NCBI GenBank assembly: GCA_964534625.1
Contig: CAZHRF010000068.1
Coordinates: 1-11,168 of the forward strand
DNA length: 11,168 nt
From: an uncultured archaeon
GTDB lineage: Archaea > Asgardarchaeota > Heimdallarchaeia > Heimdallarchaeales > Heimdallarchaeaceae
Direction: 5' to 3'
Shown piece by piece: positions 1 through 6,678 of this stretch (the stretch's first letter is position 1; every line of letters begins with the position of its first letter). The position numbers were made by a program, and so were the translations under genes. Under the pieces are notes generated by a model. It made no database searches and was not told where the DNA came from. It saw only the letters and a program-made list of their open reading frames with translations.

Positions 1-77
1 TAATGAGCAGTAATTTGACCTATACCACCAGTAGCACCTGTTAAAAGAATAACATGTCTATTATCAGTATTGTTCAT
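1..77 (-). CDS. N-terminus of a short-chain dehydrogenase/reductase (SDR), running off the window edge
   Basis: Manual translation of the reverse strand from the ATG at 77 gives MNNTDNRHVILLTGATGGIGQITAH..., the Rossmann TGxxGGIG motif of SDRs. Not in the ORF track because it is truncated. Confidence 0.85.
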   Translation of the reverse strand, partial: MNNTDNRHVILLTGATGGIGQITAH

Positions 78-99
78 AACTAGAAAAAATACAAGTACA

Positions 100-106
100 A
101 TATAAA
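100..106 (-). promoter_or_regulatory. Putative TATA box (TTTATAT, preceded by AAAG) for the SDR
   Basis: The minus strand reads aaagTTTATATtg, ending 22 nt before the SDR ATG, which fits a leaderless archaeal transcript. Confidence 0.4.
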
Positions 107-108
107 CT

Positions 109-1254
109 TTAACTCATCGTTGTTTGTTTCCCCATTAAATTGAGTTTAAATTTACGTGTCGTTTCAGGAGATATCTTATTACCGTCTTTATCTTGAAAGT
201 AAATAGCATCACATGGACATTGTACTACACATGCCCCGCATTTAATGCATAATTGGGAATTTACCATGTTGACTCTGTTAGTATTTTTGTTCATTTGATA
301 ACAGTCTCTTGGGCATACATCTATACACACACCTATTCCACGACATTTATCTAGATTAATTTTAATTATCCAATCTTTATTGTCATGTGTGTCACTCTTA
401 TAGATAGGCGTTGTACCCTTAAGCTCCATAATAACAGAGATAACTAGTAGTAAAGACATTATATTCCATCTCAAAAAGAAGTGAAAACTAACAGTTTTTC
501 TAATCAACAAGTACGTTAAAGGAAGAAAGACAACAAAGTTAAAACACAAAATCACGAGGAATTTATATAAGTAGATCTGTATTTTTGATTTTTCGTATTC
601 ACTTAGGATATTGCTATAGAGAGGAAACGATACGAATATCATCAAAGGTATCATCCAGCTTAATATTAACCCCATGTACCATTCGTTGATCCAAAATATC
701 AACACAATGATCTCAACTAGTATAGAAATAGGAAAGGACCAAGCTACTGCCATTTCTATTCTTTCTAAGAATTTGAAGTGAGTTCTAGATTCAACCTTTT
801 TTTTCGAATAATTAGATTTAATGAATAGGTGAATATCTTCTGCATAAATCGGTCCCCAGATTATTTTCCAGCCAGTTTTCTCGCTTACTTTAGCTGGTTC
901 AATTCCCGTTGCAGCTAGTTGCGGTAGTATTACTTCTTTATGATTGACTAAATTCTCAATATTGGTTGTTTTGAGAATTGAAATAACAGAATGATTGTTT
1001 AAATGTCCTCCTGCCGCTGCACACCATACATTTATACCTTTGGTGTCTGCTACTAATAAATAGCAATCCATATTTCTTAATACTTTCATTAGTTTCAGTA
1101 CCGTTAAATGATAATTTACAGTAAGAAAAACAGGAGAAAACTCGTTGGGTTGTCCAATGGTTCGAATTCCAGGTTTACTTGATACAGGAAAAAAGCGTAT
1201 CAATGTTTCCAACATAGAGTATAAGACATAAGTAATCCATCTAAACCTTTTCAT
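109..1254 (-). CDS. HgcAB-like fusion protein: CdhD/E-type (CFeSP-related) corrinoid-binding domain, about 4 transmembrane helices, C-terminal dicluster ferredoxin
   Basis: HgcA-type motifs SPVFLTVNYHLT, LLVADTKGINVWCAAAGG (cap helix, nt 1032-1006), VILPQLAATGI and WGPIYAEDI are present. Four hydrophobic segments follow, then CRGIGVCIDVCP (345-310) and CIKCGACVVQCP (249-214). I prefer the ATG at 1254 to the GTG at 1263 given in the ORF track. Confidence 0.9.
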   Translation of the reverse strand: MKRFRWITYVLYSMLETLIRFFPVSSKPGIRTIGQPNEFSPVFLTVNYHLTVLKLMKVLRNMDCYLLVADTKGINVWCAAAGGHLNNHSVISILKTTNIENLVNHKEVILPQLAATGIEPAKVSEKTGWKIIWGPIYAEDIHLFIKSNYSKKKVESRTHFKFLERIEMAVAWSFPISILVEIIVLIFWINEWYMGLILSWMIPLMIFVSFPLYSNILSEYEKSKIQIYLYKFLVILCFNFVVFLPLTYLLIRKTVSFHFFLRWNIMSLLLVISVIMELKGTTPIYKSDTHDNKDWIIKINLDKCRGIGVCIDVCPRDCYQMNKNTNRVNMVNSQLCIKCGACVVQCPCDAIYFQDKDGNKISPETTRKFKLNLMGKQTTMS

Positions 1255-1915
1255 TTTTTGCACCTATTTCTAAGATTATTAAACTTTCAAAGAGAAAAAG
1301 TTCTTTAGATCGCACTTCAAGCCGATTCTGTTGTAAATAGTCTTGTATTTGAATGATGTCTAGGGGCTTTGTTGTTGTCTGTGAAATGAGGTATGTAATT
1401 ATGATAAGAGGTATTTTAATAATCCAATATAGCATCTTTTTATAAAAAGTTCTTGGTCTAACTTCATCTACAATGATTAATTTTCCCTTGAGAGTCAACA
1501 ATTTAGCTATTTCTTTAATTGCATACTCTCTTTCGTGCTCAGATAATTCGGAAAAACACAATCCACTGACAACGTAATCAAAGGATTGGTTCTCGAATTG
1601 ATCAATTTCAGCTACTCCCATTTCTTTGAATTCAACTTTATCTTCGAGGGGAAGAGAATCAAATCTTTCCCTTGCTAAATCTAACATTTGGGGATTAATA
1701 TCGATCCCAATTAAAGTAACAGCCTGTTTACCTCTCAGACAATTAACTGATAATTTCCCAGTTCCGCATCCTACATCCAGAATTCTTGAATTATTAGTTA
1801 TTTTTTTTCCTACAATGTCATATATTTTATCTAACTTACCTAAGGTTAAAATTTTAATTCCTCTGTCATAGCGTGAGGGCGAAGATTCTAATACTCTCAT
1901 AAAGACGATTGACAT
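1241..1915 (-). CDS. cpaM: Class I SAM-dependent methyltransferase (UbiE-like fold), probably the corrinoid protein-associated type (CpaM-like)
   Basis: Motif I ILDVGCGTG, post-I GIDINPQML, motif II SFDYVVS and motif III GKLIIVDE are present. It has an N-terminal MRVLESSPSRYDRGI and a hydrophobic C-terminal helix. Its 3' end overlaps the start of the HgcAB-like gene. The CpaM label is recalled from memory and not verified. Confidence 0.88.
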   Translation of the reverse strand: MSIVFMRVLESSPSRYDRGIKILTLGKLDKIYDIVGKKITNNSRILDVGCGTGKLSVNCLRGKQAVTLIGIDINPQMLDLARERFDSLPLEDKVEFKEMGVAEIDQFENQSFDYVVSGLCFSELSEHEREYAIKEIAKLLTLKGKLIIVDEVRPRTFYKKMLYWIIKIPLIIITYLISQTTTKPLDIIQIQDYLQQNRLEVRSKELFLFESLIILEIGAKNEKV

Positions 1916-1944
1916 TTTTTTCTCTATTAGACTATTTTTTTTAA

Positions 1945-1958
1945 TATTAAAAAGGTTT
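1945..1958 (-). promoter_or_regulatory. Putative BRE/TATA for the methyltransferase-HgcAB-like operon
   Basis: The minus strand reads aaacctTTTTAATA, ending about 30 nt upstream of the ATG at 1915. Confidence 0.45.
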
Positions 1959-2042
1959 AGAGAAAATATCCCTCTTCAACTAGAACTTTTGATTTCAATT
2001 CTTAACCCATAATTTTTTATGGTTATCAAATAACTATTATGT

Positions 2043-2288
2043 ATGAAACCCCCCTATTGTACTATCTGTAATGCTTTCATAAAAGATTTTGATCGTGGTG
2101 GTTTAATCAATTTTAAAAAAACACAAAATAATCTGGAATGGGAACAACGAATGAAAAGAGAAAACAAGGTTGAACATCCTCCTTACGCTGAATGGTTTTG
2201 TGAAGACCATTATCCTATTGCGAACCAATTTTCTCACTTAACTTGGAGTGAAGGAATGAAAAAAATCAGAGAAGTGCTAGATGATTAA
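2043..2288 (+). CDS. Small hypothetical protein, probable Zn-binding (CxxC...CxxH)
   Basis: 81 aa with an ATG start. PPYCTIC near the N-terminus and WFCEDH near the C-terminus provide four potential metal ligands. Confidence 0.75.
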   Translation: MKPPYCTICNAFIKDFDRGGLINFKKTQNNLEWEQRMKRENKVEHPPYAEWFCEDHYPIANQFSHLTWSEGMKKIREVLDD

Positions 2289-2334
2289 TATCTAGTTTCT
2301 ATTAGTGAATAAAGTATTCGTATCATCAATAAAA

Positions 2335-2341
2335 TTTAAAA
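2335..2341 (+). promoter_or_regulatory. Putative TATA box for the amidohydrolase
   Basis: aaaaTTTAAAA lies about 23 nt upstream of the ATG at 2364. Confidence 0.35.
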
Positions 2342-2363
2342 TTCTTTAACATTTTTTTATTAT

Positions 2364-3731
2364 ATGAACATAGCTGTTAAAGGTAAACTCGCTTTTTTTT
2401 ATGATTCTGATCTTCAATTTCATGTTATACATCATCCATTAATCTTAATTGAAGATAACAGGATCACTTCTGTTGGCAGATATTCTGAACTCAAATCCGA
2501 ACTTTCTGGCGTAGATAAGATAGTTGGAAACGAACATTCACTTATTATACCTGGTCTGATTAATACTCATACTCATTTAGGTATGACCATGTTTCGTGGA
2601 CTTTCAGATGAGCTTCCTCTCAATACTTGGCTTGAAGAACACATATGGCCACTTGAAAAACACATAACAGCTGATGATGTATTAATTAGTGCTAAGGTTG
2701 GTGCTATTGAATCAGCGTTAAGTGGCGTTACAACCATCAATAGTATGTATTGGTTTCCTGAGTCTGAGGCTAAAGCTATTGAAGAAACAAAGATAAGAGC
2801 CATGCTTGGTGCACCTATTCTAGCTAATGAAAAAGCCACAAAAGAGGCTTTTCAGATCGCACGGAAAGTTCATAACACAGTAAATGATAGGATCAGAGGA
2901 TCAATTACTCCTCATGCACCGTATACTGTACCTATTTCCCAATATCAAGAAATACATCAACTTTTAATTGAACATAACAACTCATCAGATAAGGAAAAAG
3001 AAAAGTTTCTGATGCACACTCATTTAGCAGAACCTACTGATGAATTGGCTATTTCTAAGGAATTTAATGAAAAGAAGGCAGAAGAATTTCCTGATGTTAA
3101 TACTCCAGTGGAATTTTTTGATAAAATAGGCATTTTAGATGATAATTTACTTGCTGCTCATTGTATTCATGTAACAGAGAGGGATATACAATTACTATCC
3201 GATCGTGGAGTTAGGGTATCGTTAAATCCTCTTTCTAATTCTAAATTAGGTAATCACATGCCCCCCATACCAAAGATGTTACCTAAACTTGAACGTATAG
3301 GATTAGGAACAGATGGGCCAGCTAGCAATAATACATTAAGCATTTTTGATACTATTCGCTATATGGCACTATTTTACAAAGGATATCATCATGACCCCAC
3401 AATTGTTAAAGCCCAAGATATCTTTAGATTAGCCACAATAGGTGGCGCTAAAGTACTAAAGTGGCAAGGGTTAGGAACACTTGAAGTGGGATCACTTGCG
3501 GATTTAATAACGATAGATCTTAAAAAACCTCACCTTTCTCCTTCACAAAGTAAAATAGAAGATGCAGTAATGAGCCATTTTGCTTATGCAATGAATGGAA
3601 ATGATATTAGTAATACAATTATAGACGGAGAACTGATAGTAGAAAATTCCCAATTAGTTAATCAAAGACTTCTTGATTCGTTAGATGAGCTTGAAAAAGT
3701 TACTCAAAAACTTGTAGACGCGGCTTTGTAA
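2364..3731 (+). CDS. mtaD: Metal-dependent amidohydrolase, 5'-methylthioadenosine/S-adenosylhomocysteine (or 5'-deoxyadenosine) deaminase-like
   Basis: PGLINTHTH (HxH), MTMFRGLSDELPLNTWLEEHIWPLE, PHAPYT, HTHLAE (His plus catalytic Glu), AAHC, GLGTDGPASNN (Asp) and GTLEVGSLADL. The exact substrate cannot be determined from sequence. Confidence 0.85.
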   Translation: MNIAVKGKLAFFYDSDLQFHVIHHPLILIEDNRITSVGRYSELKSELSGVDKIVGNEHSLIIPGLINTHTHLGMTMFRGLSDELPLNTWLEEHIWPLEKHITADDVLISAKVGAIESALSGVTTINSMYWFPESEAKAIEETKIRAMLGAPILANEKATKEAFQIARKVHNTVNDRIRGSITPHAPYTVPISQYQEIHQLLIEHNNSSDKEKEKFLMHTHLAEPTDELAISKEFNEKKAEEFPDVNTPVEFFDKIGILDDNLLAAHCIHVTERDIQLLSDRGVRVSLNPLSNSKLGNHMPPIPKMLPKLERIGLGTDGPASNNTLSIFDTIRYMALFYKGYHHDPTIVKAQDIFRLATIGGAKVLKWQGLGTLEVGSLADLITIDLKKPHLSPSQSKIEDAVMSHFAYAMNGNDISNTIIDGELIVENSQLVNQRLLDSLDELEKVTQKLVDAAL

Positions 3732-4618
3732 TGATTATGTTTTATTGAAATAACAATTATTCCGGTGATAATTATTGTTATAGCCAGTGCTAAAAAGAGA
3801 CCATGAATAATGTTTAATCTTTTCCATTCACCTAGCACAATTCCACCAAACATTATGGGGACAATAACCATTAACCCATTATAAAGCGACATAGTAGTAG
3901 ATATTCTTCCCTCTCGGAAAGCCATCTGTAATCCACCAGTTGAAGATAAAGCTGTAAGAAGGAAGAGGATAATATACAATACTATTTTTAAGATATTAGA
4001 ACTGATAGAAACAGTAGCTGTAAGGTATAGGACCAATCCTTTCATAACAACCGTTTGTAAGCCAGAAGCTATACCCGAAAACACTCCAAATGTAATTGGG
4101 GATAAATGCATATTTCGTATTATTGAATATATTGGCATTGTTACACCTATAAATAATATCACTACTATAAAGATATATGACTCATATGTATTAATATAGG
4201 CTTTCCAATCATCTAAATTTAACTTAGTCAGGTAAAGTGACGAAATGTACGAAGATACTGAAATAGAAACAACTATACCTATAATTGCTAATATTTCTGC
4301 GAGAGAGAATCTTTCTTTTGCTTTTCCATGAGCATATAAAATTAAAAAGATCAATCCTATTCCTGTTAGCGGAGCGATTGCTATTAACGGTGCCCAGATT
4401 AATGCGATAAAATAAAACACTATACTTATCATAGTTAATAATAAACCAGCCATCCATTTCATATTTCTAATTAGTAAAATGAGTAAAGAGAAAAAATTAG
4501 CTTTCTGTACTTCATCAATCTCATCTATTGCTTGTTTTTCAAGAGCAAACCCATAATTGTATAAAACATAATAGAGTGTTCCTGCAATTAAAGAAAGAAT
4601 GAAGTAGAAATTTGTCAT
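3704..4618 (-). CDS. DMT-superfamily membrane transporter, NIPA (Mg2+ transporter)-like
   Basis: About 9 hydrophobic helices. GFALEKQA...KWMAGLLL...FIALIWAPLIAIAPL resembles the NIPA/DMT N-terminal pattern. It overlaps the amidohydrolase 3' end convergently by 28 nt. Confidence 0.8.
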   Translation of the reverse strand: MTNFYFILSLIAGTLYYVLYNYGFALEKQAIDEIDEVQKANFFSLLILLIRNMKWMAGLLLTMISIVFYFIALIWAPLIAIAPLTGIGLIFLILYAHGKAKERFSLAEILAIIGIVVSISVSSYISSLYLTKLNLDDWKAYINTYESYIFIVVILFIGVTMPIYSIIRNMHLSPITFGVFSGIASGLQTVVMKGLVLYLTATVSISSNILKIVLYIILFLLTALSSTGGLQMAFREGRISTTMSLYNGLMVIVPIMFGGIVLGEWKRLNIIHGLFLALAITIIITGIIVISIKHNHYKAASTSF

Positions 4619-4759
4619 TTAGAGCAGAAGTTAAGTGAGAATTAATAAATACTTAGTTGTGATTCTTGTATTGTATTTTTAGAGTTATCTTAAGTATTCT
4701 TCAAACTTTAAGGAAAAAAGGTATTTTCTTTAATTTTTATCACAACGCATCCTATCTTA

Positions 4760-5584
4760 TCAGATTGTTTCATCCTTATTATTAATGTCTCTAAGAAAAT
4801 ATGCGTTACTCATTAATTCTGCTGTTCTAGATATAAACCTCGTAGCGGGGGCACCATCTACGACATTATGATCAAAAAGGAATGTCATGCACAAGAATTT
4901 TGCATCAAATATCTCCTCATTTTTTCGGATTAGTCTAGTACTAATACCACCAACAGCAATATTAACTGTACTGTCAGCAAAAGGAATAGCCCAGCCACTA
5001 ACATTTTGAGCAAACATACCAAGAGAGGTTATTCCTGCTGTACCAATTAGCTTTTTCAAAGAGAAGGGATTAAGAAGTTTCTTTTTTATGAAGAATTTGC
5101 GTATAACACGGGGAATAAATCGGTAGACTTTTGTCCATTTTGATCTGTCTGCGTAAAGTTTCTTTTCTTCTTTTGACTGATTTTCTATGACTCTAATTTC
5201 TTCTGTTATCTCTTTTACGCTTTTATCTTGTGCTTTCCTTACTACATGGTTGTAAGGAATCTTTTTTCCTGATGATGATGTTATTTCTATTATCATAGAT
5301 ATATCTACATCATCAAAACAAATTAACTTTCTCCGCCATTTATAGGAATTTAATTGTTTGTTTTCCGTAAGAGCTTTTGCAAAACACTTTACAACCCATC
5401 CAGTAAAAGACACATCACTTTGCTCTTTTTCTTTTAATTCTTTAATCCTTGTCATTGCGCGAGTAATTTCAATTTCAACTAATCCAGCTACCCTTGTAAA
5501 ACTAGCAGCAACATCGTTATAATCAGCCAGGATCATTTTTGCTATAGAATAGTTCTCAATGGAGTATGAAGGTTTTTTTGCCAT
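4760..5584 (-). CDS. Stand-alone 2-oxoacid dehydrogenase E2 (dihydrolipoamide acyltransferase) catalytic domain / CAT-like acyltransferase
   Basis: VSFTGWVVKCFAKAL, DVDISMIIE, GTAGITSLG and the catalytic FDHNVVDGAPATRF (DHxxxDG) are present. At 274 aa it has no lipoyl or E3-binding domain. Confidence 0.88.
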   Translation of the reverse strand: MAKKPSYSIENYSIAKMILADYNDVAASFTRVAGLVEIEITRAMTRIKELKEKEQSDVSFTGWVVKCFAKALTENKQLNSYKWRRKLICFDDVDISMIIEITSSSGKKIPYNHVVRKAQDKSVKEITEEIRVIENQSKEEKKLYADRSKWTKVYRFIPRVIRKFFIKKKLLNPFSLKKLIGTAGITSLGMFAQNVSGWAIPFADSTVNIAVGGISTRLIRKNEEIFDAKFLCMTFLFDHNVVDGAPATRFISRTAELMSNAYFLRDINNKDETI

Positions 5585-5806
5585 TATAAGATTAGAAAAA
5601 AAGGTTAGTAAAAAATCTTATGTAGCCAGATTTATGAATTTTTGAATGTATTTCAATTAATTTCAATTTCTATTGAATTCTAGTATTCAAAAAAGAATCT
5701 ACTTGATTCCGATATTTAGGCTTAGATTTATTTTCTAGTGTTTAAACCAAGGACATTTTACACAATAATCCACTTGAGAAACACAAGTTGATTTAAAATA
5801 CTAAGA

Positions 5807-5813
5807 TTTATAT
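5807..5813 (+). promoter_or_regulatory. Putative TATA box for the alpha/beta hydrolase
   Basis: aagaTTTATAT lies about 31 nt upstream of the ATG at 5845. Confidence 0.4.
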
Positions 5814-5844
5814 TAACCCTACGTAACGGGAATGCGGATGGATT

Positions 5845-6615
5845 ATGGCATCAGAATTCCCGAAAATAATAGTAGTAGCAGGTTTTTCAAATTATAATAG
5901 GGAATACCCTGATTACACGAAAATGTTTGGTGAACAAAATATTCATTGGACAACAAATAAAGACCGATATACTGTAGAAGAGCATTTAGCTGAATTGAAA
6001 TCCAAAATCCCAAAAGACCAGCCTTTTATTCTTTCAGGTCATTCTATGGGAGGAGCATTAATTATTGAGCTGATGAAAAAAGAAAAACTAGATAATTGTA
6101 AAGGTATAGTCTTAGTTGGTGCATCAAGAAGAATCTTTCCTCATTGGGCGCTTAATTTTATATTCCGTATGCCTATTCCGATTATTTATCTTTTCGCTAT
6201 TACATTGATTATTTCTTTTCCTATTTCTCTTGTTGTTAACTTGTTTAACCTGCATAAAGCCAAACAAGCATCTTTTGAAGCTTTTCAACGTATCAGAGAT
6301 AGTGGAGCCCGTAGAATGAAAAAAGAATTCAATTTATGTTTAAGAGATCTTGGTAAGGATACGGAAGATATACTAGAAGTCAATAAAAACATACCCGTAT
6401 TATTTCTAAGGCTAAAAAAAGATATGATGTTACGTGATTGGGATATAGATCTTACTAAATCTTTTTTCAATAGTTGGAAAGAAATTATCATTCCATCAAA
6501 TTGTATCCATCTCACCCATGATTTTGATGATAAGGTAGTTGAATTAATCAATCAGCAATTATCCTTTTTTGGGTATAATCAAATAAATGAGAAGGAAATG
6601 GCAGAAGGATCATGA
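5845..6615 (+). CDS. Alpha/beta-fold hydrolase (esterase/lipase-like) with a hydrophobic insert
   Basis: Oxyanion region VVAGFS, nucleophile elbow GHSMGG, candidate Asp (KKDMM) and His (CIHLTHD). The lid region is hydrophobic (IPIIYLFAITLIISFPISLVV). Confidence 0.85.
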   Translation: MASEFPKIIVVAGFSNYNREYPDYTKMFGEQNIHWTTNKDRYTVEEHLAELKSKIPKDQPFILSGHSMGGALIIELMKKEKLDNCKGIVLVGASRRIFPHWALNFIFRMPIPIIYLFAITLIISFPISLVVNLFNLHKAKQASFEAFQRIRDSGARRMKKEFNLCLRDLGKDTEDILEVNKNIPVLFLRLKKDMMLRDWDIDLTKSFFNSWKEIIIPSNCIHLTHDFDDKVVELINQQLSFFGYNQINEKEMAEGS

Positions 6616-6648
6616 ATAACTGCAAACTATTACTTTTTTATACAAGTC

Positions 6649-6655
6649 TTTATAA
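6649..6655 (+). promoter_or_regulatory. Putative TATA box for the LLM oxidoreductase
   Basis: aagtcTTTATAA ends 23 nt upstream of the ATG at 6679, a leaderless spacing. Confidence 0.5.
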
Positions 6656-6678
6656 TTATAAAGAACATTAAAATCTCT

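Noticed and set aside
1021-1023. Selenocysteine at the cap-helix position
   Set aside because: The codon is TGT (Cys), not TGA.
109-1254. Calling this a bona fide mercury methylase (hgcA/hgcB)
   Set aside because: The cap helix deviates (AAAGG vs A(A/G)GK), the HgcB C-terminal Cys pair is missing, one cluster Cys is missing, and tested organisms with fused hgcAB did not methylate Hg.
1626-1871. 81-aa plus-strand ORF
   Set aside because: Antisense shadow of the methyltransferase, with no motifs.
2573-2839. 88-aa minus-strand ORF
   Set aside because: Antisense shadow inside the amidohydrolase.
4224-4457. 77-aa minus-strand ORF
   Set aside because: Alternative frame nested within the DMT transporter, with no recognisable features.
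5586-5621. Inverted repeat ATAAGATT-N20-AATCTTAT upstream of the E2 gene
   Set aside because: AT-rich arms with a long spacer are expected by chance at this base composition.
6285-6551. 88-aa minus-strand ORF
   Set aside because: Antisense shadow of the alpha/beta hydrolase.
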